Assembly (NCBI GenBank): GCA_002269645.1
Contig: NIVC01000020.1
Coordinates: forward strand, 1,426,001 to 1,490,000
Direction: 5' to 3'
Source of the DNA: Macrostomum lignano
Lineage: Eukaryota
DNA length: 64,000 bases
The notes beneath the pieces are model-generated. The model saw only the letters and a list, made by a program, of their open reading frames with translations. It had not been told where the DNA came from and made no database searches. Shown here piece after piece: positions 24,666 to 35,804 of this stretch. Position numbers and translations under genes: made by a program. Each line of letters starts with the position of its first letter. Within the stretch, counting starts at the first letter, position 1.

Positions 24666-26270
24666 TCAGTGAGCTCCCATCCCCTCCCTGATCCTTCAGT
24701 GAGCTCCCTCCCTGATCCTTCAGTGAGCTTCCTCCCTGATCCTTCAGTGAGCTGCCTCCCTGATCCTTCAGTGAGCTCCCTCCCTGATCCTTCAGTGAGC
24801 TCCCTCCCTGATCCTTCAGTGAGCTCCCTCCCTGATCTTTCAGTGAGCTCCCTCCCTGATCCTTCAGTGAGCTCCCTCCTTCAGTGAGCTTCCTCCCTGA
24901 TCATTCAGTGAGCTCCCTCCCTGATCCTTCAGTGAGCTCCCTCCCTGATCCTTCAGTGAGCTCCCTCCCTGATCCTTCAGTGATCTCCCTCCTTCAGTGA
25001 GCTCCCTCCCTGATCCTTCAGTGAGCTCCCTCCCTGATCCTTCAGTGAGCTCCCTCCCTGATCCTTCAGTGAGCTCCCTCCCTGATCCTTCAGTGAGCTC
25101 CCTCCCTGATCCTTCAGTGAGCTCCCTCCCTGATCCTTCAGTGAGCTCCCTCCCTGATCCTTCAGTGAGCTCTCTCCCTGATCCTTCAGTGATCTGCCTC
25201 CCTGATCCTTCAGTGATCTCCCTCCTTCAGTGAGCTCCCTCCCTGATCCTTCAGTGAGCTGCCTCCCTGATCCTTCAGTGAGCTCCCTCCCTGATCCTTC
25301 AGTGAGCTCCCTCCCTGATCCTTCAGTGAGCTCCCTCCCTGATCCTTCAGTGAGCACCCTCCCTGATCCTTCAGTGAGCTCCCTCCCTGATCTTTCAGTG
25401 AGCTCCCTCCCTGATCCTTCAGTGAGCTCCCTCCTTCAGTGAGCTTCCTCCCTGATCCTTCAGTGAGCTCCCTCCCTGATCCTTCAGTGAGCTCCCTCCC
25501 TGATCCTTCAGTGAGCTCCCTCCCTGATCCTTCAGTGAGCACCCTCCTTCAGTGAGCTCCCTCCCTGATCCTTCAGTGAGCTCCCTCCCTGATCCTTCAG
25601 TGAGCTCCCTCCCTGATCCTTCAGTGAGCTCCCTCCCTGATCCTTCAGTGAGCTCCCTCCCTGATCCTTCAGTGAGCTCCCTCCCTGATCCTTCAGTGAG
25701 CTCCCTCCTTCAGTGAGCTCCCTCCCTGATCCTTCAGTGAGCTGCCTCCCTGATCCTTCAGTGATCTCCCTCCTTCAGTGAGCTCCCTCCCTGATCCTTC
25801 AGTGATCTCCCTCCTTCAGTGAGCTCCCTCCCTGATCCTTCAGTGAGCTGCCTCCCTGATCCTTCAGTGAGCTTCCTCCCTGATCCTTCAGTGAGCTCCC
25901 TCCCTGATCCTTCAGTGAGCTCCCTCCCTGATCTTTCAGTGAGCTCCCTCCCTGATCCTTCAGTGAGCTGTCTCCCTGATCCTTCAGTGAGCTCCCTCCC
26001 TGATCCTTCAGTGAGCTCCCTCCCTGATCCTTCAGTGAGCTCCCTCCCTGATCCTTCAGTGAGCTCCCTCCCTGATCCTTCAGTGAGCACCCTCCCTGAT
26101 CCTTCAGTGAGCTCCCTCCCTGATCCTTCATGAGCTCCCTCCCTGATCCTTCAGTGAGCTCCCTCCCTGATCCTTCAGTGAGCACCCTCCCTGATCCTTC
26201 AGTGAGCTCCCTCCCTAAACAGTGAGCTGAGTCCCTGATCCTTCAGTGAGCTCGCTTCCTGATCCTTCCG
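24666..26270. repeat. Minisatellite, 24-bp unit CAGTGAGCTCCCTCCCTGATCCTT
   Basis: More than 60 copies, with occasional shortened units. Confidence 0.97.
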
Positions 26271-26799
26271 TGAGTTCCCACCCCTCCCTGAATTCCCGAT
26301 GGCAATGATGAGGCAGTGATGCAGCTGGAATAGTTTTAGTCAGCGGCTTCAACTGATTTGGCGAGGCTTTCAACCATTGCAAACTTCTCGGCTAAGACTC
26401 GAGTACCTGAGCTGCTATCAGATTAAACTGCAACTGACTATTTCGAGGCTGGCGATGATTTATGCCAGCTTGAGCAGCACTGAGTGGCTTCTTTTTAAGC
26501 AGCTCCGATAAGGTTTGCTGCATCTCTCGATAAAAAAAGCTATACTCGTAAATCAATTTTTGTTCAGAGTTCAGACGCTGCATAGGAACAGAACTTTTAT
26601 TGTACTGGTGAGGTCACGCTCCCAAGCTAGGTTTAAGGTCTTCATCTGGGGCATCTGGGTTCTGCTGATTCAGCAGATGAAGCTGAAATACGAGTAGCTT
26701 GCCCCGTGTATCACAAATAAATTAATAAATTGCCATCATGCTACTTATCTGCATTGGAGCGTAGTAGTAGAGATAATCAATTTGCTTTTCTCTAGAACC

Positions 26800-27740
26800 T
26801 TCACTGGGTTCTCATTCCCTCTCTGATCCCTTACTGGGTTTTTATTCCCTCCCTGATCCTCACTGGGTTCTCATTCCCTCCCTTGATCCTCACTGGGTTC
26901 TCATTCCCTCCTTTGATCCTCATTGGATTCTCATTCCCTCCCTTGATCCTCACTGGGTTCTCATTCCCTCCCTTGATCCTCATTGGATTCTCATTCCCTC
27001 CCTTGATCCTCACTGGGTTCTCATTCCCTCCTTTGATGCTCACTGGATTCTCATTCCCTCCCTCATCCCTCACTGGATTCTCATTCCATCCCTCATCCCT
27101 CACTGGGTTCTCATTCCCTCCCTTGATCCTCACTGGATTCTCATTCCCTCCCTTGATCCTCAATGGATTCTCATTCCCTCCCTTGATCCTCACTGGATGC
27201 TCATTCCCTCCCTCATCCCTCACTGGGTTCTCATTCCCTCCCTTGATCCTCACTGGATTCTCATTCCCTCCCTTGATCCTCACTGAATTCTCATTCCCTC
27301 CCTTGATCCTCACTGGATTCTCATTCCCTCCCTTGATCCTCACTGGATTCTCATTCCCTCCCTTGATCCTCACTGGATTCTCATTCCCTCCCTTGATCCT
27401 CACTGGATTCTCATTCCCTCCCTTGATCCTCACTGGATTCTCATCCCCTCCCTGATCCCTCACTGGATTCTCATTCCCTCCCTTGATCCTCACTGGATTC
27501 TCATTCCCTCCCTTGATCCTCACTGGATTCTCATTCCCTCCCTTGATCCTCACTGGATTCTCATCCCCTCCCTGATCCCTCACTGGATTCTCATTCCCTC
27601 CCTTGATCCTCACTGGGTTCTCATTCCCTCCCTTGATCCTCACTGGATTCTCATCCCCTCCCTGATCCCTCACTGGGCTCTCATTCCCTCCTTTGATCCT
27701 CACTGGGCTCTCATTCCCTCACTGATTCCTCACTGGGCTC
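26800..27740. repeat. Minisatellite, 30-bp unit CACTGGATTCTCATTCCCTCCCTTGATCCT
   Basis: About 31 copies. Confidence 0.97.
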
Positions 27741-27799
27741 TCATTCCTTCATTCATCCTTCGGTGTTCAGCCACCCTTATATCCTTTAGTATTCCCTTC

Positions 27800-27943
27800 A
27801 CCTGACCATTGCCCTCACCTGACCATTGCCCTCATCTGACCATTGCCCTCACCTGACCATTGCCCTCACCTGACCATTGCCCTCATCTGACCATTGCCCT
27901 CACCTGACCATTGCCCTCACCTGAGCATTGCCCTCACCTGACT
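27800..27943. repeat. Minisatellite, 17-bp unit CCTGACCATTGCCCTCA
   Basis: About 8 copies immediately upstream of the PDP start codon. Confidence 0.93.
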
Positions 27944-27995
27944 GATTTCAGCGCCCCCGCACATTCTCCACTATCGCGTCCGCTGCCGCCTCGCC

Positions 27996-30900
27996 ATGAC
28001 GATTCGGCGAGCGGCCGCTCGTCCCGCGTGGCTTCGCCGCTGGCTGCACGCGGCTGCTGGGCTGCGCCATGCGGAGGTCATCAGCGGCAACCAGCAGTTC
28101 CCCCTCATCAGCCCGCAGCAGGTGCGCCAGCTGCTGCGCCAGGGAGCCGAGCGGCACACGGCTGACGTGGCCGGCTGGCAGGTCTCCGTGCACTGCAACC
28201 AGGTGCCCTGCAACCGGCCCGTGGAGGACAGGTGACGGCTGGTCTTGGTTTCACTTGAAATTTCTTTCAATATGTGCGTCACCTGACTCAACTACCACTC
28301 GTGGGTCACCTGACTCAACTGGCACTCGTGGGTCACCTGACTCAACTGCCACTCGTGGGTCACCTGACTCAAATGCCACTCGTGGGTCACCTGACTCAAC
28401 TGCCACTCGTGGGTCACCTGACTCAACTGCCACTCGTGGGTCACCTGACTCAACTGCCACTCGTGGGTCACCTGACTCAACTGCCACTCGTGGGTCACCT
28501 GACTCAACTGCCACTCGTGGGTCACCTGACTCAACTGCCACTAGCGGGTCACCTGACTCAACTGCCACTCGTGGGTCACCTGACTCAACTGCCACTCGTG
28601 AGTCACCTGACTCAACTGCCACTCGTGGGTCACCTGACTCAACTGCCACTCGTGGGTCACCTGACTCAACTGCCACTCGTGGGTCACCTGACTCAACTGC
28701 CACTCGTGGGTCACCTGACTCAACTGCCACTCGTGGGTCACCTGACTCAACTGCCACTCGTGGGTCACCTGACTCAACTGCCACTCGTGGGTCACCTGAC
28801 TCAACTGCCACTCGTGGGTCACCTGACTCAACTGCCACTCGTGGGTCACCTGACTCGAATGCCACTAGCGGGTCACCTGACTCAACTGCCACTCGTGGGT
28901 CACCTGACTCAAATGCCACTAGCGGGTCACCTGACTCGAATGCCACTCGTGGGTCACCTGACTCAAATGCCACTAGCGGGTCACCTGACTCAACTGCCCC
29001 AATCTCCAGACTGGCCGTCAGCCGCCTGCTGATTGGGCCTCCCGTGCAGTCGCAGGACGGTCCGCTGCTTGTCGGCGTCTTCGACGGGCACGCAGGACCC
29101 GCGTGCGCGAACTCCGTGCACCTGCGCCTGCCCGACTACCTGGCCGTGGCCATGGCCGACCCGCTGCGCCTGCACGACATCAAGTTGGCCGGACAGGCCC
29201 TCAGTCTCAACATTGCCAGGCTGCCCCACGGCCCGGAACTCGAGGAGGAGCTCGGCCGGCTGCACGACCAGCAGGTGCTGCGCCTGTTGTCATAGCAACT
29301 TACTAGCAACGCTCTGTCGCTGTTCTTCATTTTTAACTACACCAGCCTGCTGGATTCTTCGCTCCCTACCGCAAATCCTGTGCTGGATTCTCCACTCCCT
29401 ACCGCAAATCCTGTGCTGGATTCTCCGCTCCCTACCGCAAATCCTGTGCTGGATTCTCCGCTCCCTACCGCAAATCCTGTGCTGGATTCTTCGCTCCCTA
29501 CCGCAAATCCTGTGCTGGATTCTCCGCTCCCTACCGCAAATCCTGTGCTGGATTCTCCGCTCCCTACCGCAAATCCTGTGCTGGATTCTCCGCTCCCTAC
29601 CGCAAATCCTGTGCTGGATTCTCCGCTCCCTACCGCAAATCCTGTGCTGGATTCTCCACTCCCTACCGCAAATCCTGTGCTGGATTCTCCGCTCCCTACC
29701 GCCCCATCCTGTGCTGGATTCTCCGCTCCCTACCGGCTCCTCGAATTCCACTCTCCCCTCTGCTTTCGCCCCTCCCCTCTTTAACCAGCCAGCCACCCGT
29801 ACCGCAGCTGTCCGCCTTCACCTCGGAGACGCTGTCCATGAGCGAGCCGGAGCCGCTCGGCCACCGCCTGCGGGAGGCCATGCAGCGCCTCGACACGGAC
29901 ATCGGCGAGGCTGCGCAGCCCCGGCCAGGCGCCGCTGGCCTCAACCGCGCGCTGCTCCGCGTGGCGCTGTCCGGCTGCGTGGGCACCGTGGCGCTGCTGG
30001 AGCCGCCCGACCGCCTCCACGTGCTGCACGTCGGCGACTGCGCCGCCGTCCTCGGCCGCTGCCACGACCAGCTGTGGTACGCGCACAAGCTCACCGAAGA
30101 GCACCGGGCCGACAATCCCGCCGAGCTCGAGCGCCTCATGCGCTCCCATCCGGTCAGCGAGCGCGACTTCCTTGTCCGCTACGACCGCCTGCTCGGCGAG
30201 CTCATGCCGCTGCGCGCGTTCGGCGACATTCGCTACAAGTGGAGCGCCGACCTGCTGCGCACCGCCGGCCGCCTGCTGCAGCTGCCCGCCACCTACAACC
30301 CCGTGCCGCAGTACTACTACACCCCGCCTTACCTCACCGCCGAGCCCGACTTCGCCACGCAGCAGGTGACCTACGCTCATGTGACCCCCTCCTCTAATGT
30401 GACCCCCTCCTCTAATGTGACCCCCTCCTCTAATGTGACCCCCTCCTCTAATGTGACCCCCTCCTCTAATGTGACCCCCTCCTCTAATGTGACCCCCTCC
30501 TCTAATGTGACCCCCTCCTCTAATGTGACCCCCTCCTCTAATGTGACCCCCTCCTCTAATGTGACCCCCTCCTCTAATGTGACCCCCTCCTCTAATGTGA
30601 CCCCCTCCGCTCATGTGACCCCCTCCTCTAATGTGACCCCCTCCTCTAATGTGAATTCCCCTCTAATGTGGTCCCCTCCGCTCATGTGACCCCCTCTAAT
30701 GTGACCCCCTGCTCTAATGTGAACCCCTCTAATGTGAGCCTCTCCGCTCATGTGACCCCCTCTAATGTGACCCCCTGCTCTAATGTGAATCCCTCCGCTC
30801 ATGTGACCCCCTCTAATGTGACCCCCTGCTCTAATGTGAATCCCTCCGCTCGTGTGACCCCCTCCTCTAAAACCCCTCCGCTCGTGACCCCTCCTCTAAT

Positions 30901-31326
30901 GTGAACCCCTCCGCTCATGTGACCCCCTCCACTTATGTCCTCCACTCATGTGACCCATGTGTCTGCTGCTCCCCATCCTGGCAGATCACAGGCGACGACC
31001 GGTTCCTCATCCTGGCCTCCGACGGCCTGTGGGACCACCTGCCGCCCGAGGACGCTGTCGCCATTGTCGGAGCCGCCATCGACAGCGGCGCCTTCGGCAT
31101 CGGCGGAGGCGGCGGCAGCAGCGGCAGCGACGCGGAAGAAGTCACGGAGAGCGGGCGCAGCGGCGCCAACCTTGCCACGCTGCTGGTGCGGGCGGCGCTG
31201 GGCGGGCAGAAGCGGGGAGACTCGGAGCCCTCGGAGGCGATGATCACCCAGCTGCTGTCGGCGCCAGCCAACGTGGCCAGGTACTACAGGGACGACATCA
31301 CCGTGGCAGTGCTGCTGCTGCACTGA
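27996..31326 (+). CDS. PDP1: Pyruvate dehydrogenase phosphatase catalytic subunit (PPM/PP2C), mitochondrial; exons 27996-28231, 29010-29274, 29808-30365, 30985-31326 (~466 aa)
   Basis: Arg-rich N-terminal presequence, CNRPVEDR, VFDGHAG, HVGDC, LMPLRAFGDIRYKW, YYTPPYLTAEP, FLILASDGLWD and YRDDITV. GT-AG junctions in phases 2/0/0 join to 1401 nt without stops. Confidence 0.92.
28278..28997. repeat. Minisatellite, 27-bp unit GGGTCACCTGACTCAACTGCCACTCGT (PDP intron 1)
   Basis: About 26 copies filling the intron. Confidence 0.97.
29345..29735. repeat. Minisatellite, 33-bp unit CCTGTGCTGGATTCTCCGCTCCCTACCGCAAAT (PDP intron 2)
   Basis: About 12 copies. Confidence 0.97.
30381..30960. repeat. Minisatellite, 18-bp unit GTGACCCCCTCCTCTAAT (PDP intron 3)
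   Basis: Homogeneous 5' half and degenerate 3' half. Confidence 0.95.
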
Positions 31327-31424
31327 CGCAAGTTGTTTTCGTGCCATTAACCTGCGTATTGACAGTAACTGTTGTAAAGTGAGCATTCAGATCCAAAGCT
31401 TTGTTTTCAATTCAATTGATTGCT

Positions 31425-32205
31425 CCGCTGGTCTCTACTGACAGTAGTTTCGGGTGAAAACAACAGCCTATTTACAGTCTCTGCTGGTCTCTACTGACAG
31501 TAGTTTCGGGTGAAAACAACAGCCTATTTACAGTATCCGCTGGTCTCTACTGACAGTAGTTTCGGGTGAGAACAACAGCCTATTTACAGTCTCTGCTGGT
31601 CTCTACTGACAGTAGTTTCGGGTGAAAACAACAGCCTATTTAGTCTCTGCTGGTCTCTACTGACAGTAGTTTCGGGTGAAAACAACAGCCTATTTACAGT
31701 CTCTGCTGGTCTCTACTGACAGTAGTTTCGGGTGAAAACAACAGCCTATTTACAGTCTCTGCTGGTCTCTACTGACAGTAGTTTCGGGTGAAAACAACAG
31801 CCTATTTACAGTCTCTGCTGGTCTCTACTGACAGTAGTTTCGGGTGAAAACAACAGCCTATTTAGTCTCTGCTGGTCTCTACTGACAGTAGTTTCGGGTG
31901 AGAACAACAGCCTATTTACAGTCTCTGCTGGTCTCTACTGACAGTAGTTTCGGGTGAAAACAACAGCCTATTTACAGTCTCTGCTGGTCTCTACTGACAG
32001 TAGTTTCGGGTGAGAACAACAGCCTATTTACAGTCTCTGCTGGTCTCTACTGACAGTAGTTTCGGGTGAAAACAACAGCCTATTTAGTCTCTGCTGGTCT
32101 CTACTGCCAGTAGTTTCGGGTGAGAACAACAGCCTATTTACAGTCTCTGCTGGTCTCTACTGACAGTAGTTTCGGGTGAGAACAACAGCCTATTTACAGT
32201 CTCTC
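31425..32205. repeat. Minisatellite, 56-bp unit CTCTGCTGGTCTCTACTGACAGTAGTTTCGGGTGAAAACAACAGCCTATTTACAGT
   Basis: About 14 copies, some shortened by 3 bp. Confidence 0.97.
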
Positions 32206-33784
32206 CAAGATTTCAAATTCACACCAAAAAGGCGGGTTGGCGCCGGCTCTTCGAAACGAATAAATAATCTGCTCGCTCTCCGTTGCCACCCCGGCGCTCT
32301 GGCAAGGATTTGCTAAGAAGGATTTCCCCCTTTGTGCTTCTCTGCTTTCCTGTAATTTATTTTCACGTGCTCGCTAATCTCCTTAGCTATTCGAGGCTGG
32401 AATTCTGCATCCGGCTGCCTTGAATTTTGTCTGCTTTTTAGTTGCTTTTAGAGCAGCGGAGGCACTCGGCTGATTGCCGCCCCCCGCAGAGGCCCCTGGG
32501 CCCGCACTCTGTCTGATAACTTTGCTTTATTAGCAACTTACCTAATTGCCCAACGCGGGGTCAGCTCTCTGTGTGCTCACGCTGACTCTCAGTTCTCTCA
32601 TACTGCTGGAAGTAGCCTGTCCGCTATGTTCCAGTGCCAGCCGCCTGCTAAAGTACAGATAGACATCTTCACAGCAGTCTGTAATGTGTTGCCTGCATTG
32701 CTCATGTGCGCTGCCTGTTTTATAACTGTAAGTCTGCTCTGTCCGCCTACCCGCCTGTTTGTCTCATTCATTTTTGTCTGCCGGCATGAAATTCGTAAAA
32801 TAAAAAAATGAAATATTAAAAATTCTTGTTTCTAGCTTGAAGATCCATATTTTAAATGAATAAATGCTAATTTGAGCAATAGAGTTGTCTTGACTGATTA
32901 TTTTACTAAGAGAGAGTTCATAGCCCGAGGCAAGGGTCAATTAGAGAAATCTCTCTACCCATTAGTCTGCGAGGGCTTCCCATCAGCGTCAGTTCTATTT
33001 TTTTCTGTACAGCCGGGGTCGCACCGGTTTCGGCAGGTATTGCTGCTATTCAACAGGTGCTGTGCGGCGGCACTGTGCTTTATGCTCACTCAGTTCCAAG
33101 TTGTGACGTCCAATGCAAAAATAGACACTTCAGACACTCGGCTCGGTCGTGTGCGCGAGCGCTCTTAGATGGAGCTACGCTCGAGCTGCTCGAACTGGTG
33201 TCTAAAATTAGATACTCGTAATGACTCGCAGTAAGATGACTCTGCCCAGCTGGCTGGCAGGCTCCATCACCCGCGCTGAGTCTCACTCGGGTGCTGCTGA
33301 CGCTGCAGTCACCCTGCCGGCGAGGACAGGCGCAAACTCTGCGTTTCATCGAATGACTGGGAAGGAAATTCAGGCAGTTCAGCTGAAAACGCGTCATGAT
33401 TTTTCCTGCAGAAACATGTTAATAACGTCGCTCTGCGTCAGTTGATGCTCGCGGCAACAGCGTAGTTAAAAGGCCTGAGTTTCATACAGACAACCTTTGC
33501 CTTCTCTTTTTAGTTGCACTCTGACACCGTTTGGACGGCAGCTTATAGAGGTTCGTGGGTGCAAATTTCCATGTTGAACTTCCATTTGCAGCAAAACGTT
33601 TCGGGTTGTCAGAGATGACAGGATTTGACAAAATTTTTACATTGTATTTTAAATTCATAGTGGTAGAGAAGACGAAACGGATTAGGGGAATAGTACAAGT
33701 GAGATTGTGAGTCAAATCGCAGCCTCTGCAGCTGCATCGCAGGTGTTCAAGTTTATTTTTAACTCTCCAAAACAAATATTTGAG

Positions 33785-34748
33785 TCAGCGACGTCTCCAC
33801 GAGTCCTGCGCAGCTCCCGCCCACTGCTGCCGCCCGCCCATGGTGACGTTGAGCCTGTTGTCGTCCCCGACGATGTTGAGCAGGCCTCCGTTCTGGTTCA
33901 CCCCGCCGCCGTCCAGCAGGTCGGCTTCGCTGCCGCCGGCCTCCCTCCCCAGTCTGGACCGCGGGCCGCACGCCTCGACCGTCTCGACCGTCTGCTCGGT
34001 TGGCCATCGAGTTCCAGCGGCCATTGGGCTGGTGCTCGGGCCGGCAGAGCCGCAGCTCCGGCTGGGCCGCCGACTCCGCGGTGTTGACAGTCGACGGATT
34101 CGCCCCGACGCTGCTTCTGGCCGGTGGAATCGGCATCTGCCGGAACTCCCAGAACAGCGACTTCAGCTCCGCCAGGGCGAACCGCCGCGGCTTTGTCTCA
34201 ACGCAGCTGAGCAGCTCCGCCTCCCTCTCCAGCAGCTCCTGCCGGGACTTCACTTTCCTCCGCTCCAGGAACTTCACGAGCTGCCGGTCCGTGTTGGCCG
34301 CCTTCAGCGAGTTTCTCCAGCGCTTCTTCGCCGGCTTTTCTTCGAGGGCGTCCTCCCAGCCGCCGCTGCTGTAGGCGCTCTCGCCGCGGCTCCAAAGCTT
34401 GGCGTTGTCCAGCACCTTCAGGAGCTCGTTTTGGGAGAAGCGCTGCCTCCGAGACTCGGCTCGGTCGATGATGCTCTTGCGATGCTCGACCAGCTGCTGC
34501 ACATCCGTGACCAGCTGCACCTCGATGAAGTAGTCCCGCAGGCACCTGCGCGTTTTTTGTGTTTTAAAGAAGGTCACGAGATCCTGGCTGACCGGCCGGC
34601 TGCAGATTTCCGCATAGCTGCTCTCGCCAGGGGCCCGCGGGTGTTGCGGGTTTCTGAGGCGGACTGGAGAATCGCTCAGTGCGGACATGGTCGCCGAGAT
34701 GATTCGCTGCTTGGCTACGTGCAGTTCTGAATTTATATGTTGGCTCAT
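33785..34748 (-). CDS. Cluster paralogue P1: two copies of the unknown helical domain plus a RHIM-like C-terminus behind a +1 frameshift (~34000)
   Basis: ORF 33759-34748 carries ESAYSS and two related domains. The +1 frame (33785-34024) encodes NQNGGLLNIVGDDNRLNV, matching the C-termini of P2-P4. GC3-rich codon use switches frame at GCCAAC/CGAG. It may be a pseudogene or an assembly error. Confidence 0.65.
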
Positions 34749-34940
34749 TCCGCATTATAGAGCCTCCCCCTAAAATATCTGTGACTAATAATACCCTCTA
34801 AGTGGGCTTTTGTTGTCACAATGTACAGTGCAGACTCGTGCACAATGCCCGCCAAAATTTGTATATTAAAATAGAGCTGGCAGACAGACGCGCCTCCATA
34901 GTTTTGCCCAGAACCGCCGCTTCATCCAAGCAGCTCAGAG

Positions 34941-35804
34941 ATGAGCGACGTGCGTAGGGCGATTCAGTCTTGGCAGGGCGACGAGCGGGTGAAGAAGTTC
35001 ATCGCCAATTCCTGCCCGAAGGGCGGCAGCCTCGACCAGTTCCTCAGGGATGAGAATCTGCAAAGTCTCAAAAAGAAAATTGCCAAGCAGAAAAATGCGA
35101 AATTCGCTATTAAAGATTTTGACGCGGCTGTGAACCATCTCAGGGACAGCTGGGCTGGCAAGGCGTCCGGCAGCCGAGCGGAGTCGGGCTACTACAGCGC
35201 CACCGACTCCCACTGCCGCAGCTCAGCCTCTGAAGCCAGCGCCACCCATACCGGCAGCAACGTCTCCTCTCTGGCCAACCGGCCGCTGCCGCCAGTGCCT
35301 TCAGAGAGGCGGGACTCCGACCGCAGCCACCAGACTCAGTCAGGCAGCCAGTCTGATGAGGACTCGCAGGCTGCCGGAGCTGCAGCAGCCCCAGCTGCGA
35401 CCGCGGAGCCGAGCGTCCAGCCGCCGCGGCCGCAGCCGAGACGCTCTGCAGTCAGGGTGAGTCACGATGATGCCGCGAGCAGCTCCTGCGGTGCCGCTGA
35501 GGCTGCCGAGCAGCTGGAGGCGAACTCTGAGCAGGACTCGGCTGGCAGAATCTGGGCGGGGGCCGCTGCAGTCAGAGCTCCGCAGGCCCGGCCGCGGCTC
35601 AGCCTGGCCCATCGTTCCAGCGAGACTCGCGGCGGCGATGACGCGTCCAGCCTCTCGGGACCCGCCGCCACCGCTGCGGCCCCGCCATCGAGCGGTCGGA
35701 CGCCGGTCTGCCAGAACGGCTTCTTCAACATCCACGGCGGCAAAAACGAGATCAATGTCGACCTGGAGGCTGTCAAAATGTTTAAGCGCTTCAAATCGAA
35801 ATGA
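34941..35804 (+). CDS. Cluster paralogue P2 (287 aa, intronless), unknown function
   Basis: ATG start and GC-rich codons. N-domain WQGDERVKKFI...HLR is clearly homologous to P3. Contains ESGYYS and C-terminal QNGFFNIHGGKNEINV. AATAAA follows at ~35866. Confidence 0.8.
   Translation: MSDVRRAIQSWQGDERVKKFIANSCPKGGSLDQFLRDENLQSLKKKIAKQKNAKFAIKDFDAAVNHLRDSWAGKASGSRAESGYYSATDSHCRSSASEASATHTGSNVSSLANRPLPPVPSERRDSDRSHQTQSGSQSDEDSQAAGAAAAPAATAEPSVQPPRPQPRRSAVRVSHDDAASSSCGAAEAAEQLEANSEQDSAGRIWAGAAAVRAPQARPRLSLAHRSSETRGGDDASSLSGPAATAAAPPSSGRTPVCQNGFFNIHGGKNEINVDLEAVKMFKRFKSK

Noticed and set aside
26392-26697. Short ORFs in the unique spacer between the 24- and 30-bp arrays
   Set aside because: No recognisable domain and no consistent exon chain could be built.
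24651-27703. ORFs with SSLPDPSV, LKDQGGSS and RIKGGNENPV repeats
   Set aside because: Translations of minisatellites whose units are multiples of 3, open in several frames, with no unique flanking coding sequence.
29781-30614. Long antisense ORFs over PDP, and similarly over Prx, the GPCR, P1-P4 and the kinase
   Set aside because: Expected shadow ORFs of GC3-rich coding sequence.
28069-30689. Read-through PDP ORFs containing GSPDSTATR or VTPSSN repeats as protein insertions
   Set aside because: Canonical GT-AG sites remove the repeats and restore a normal PP2C domain, and two introns contain in-frame stops.
31425-32205. 56-bp array, and likewise the 49-bp array at 52032-53012, considered as CRISPR
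   Set aside because: Units are contiguous with no unique spacers, there are no cas genes, and the context is eukaryotic.
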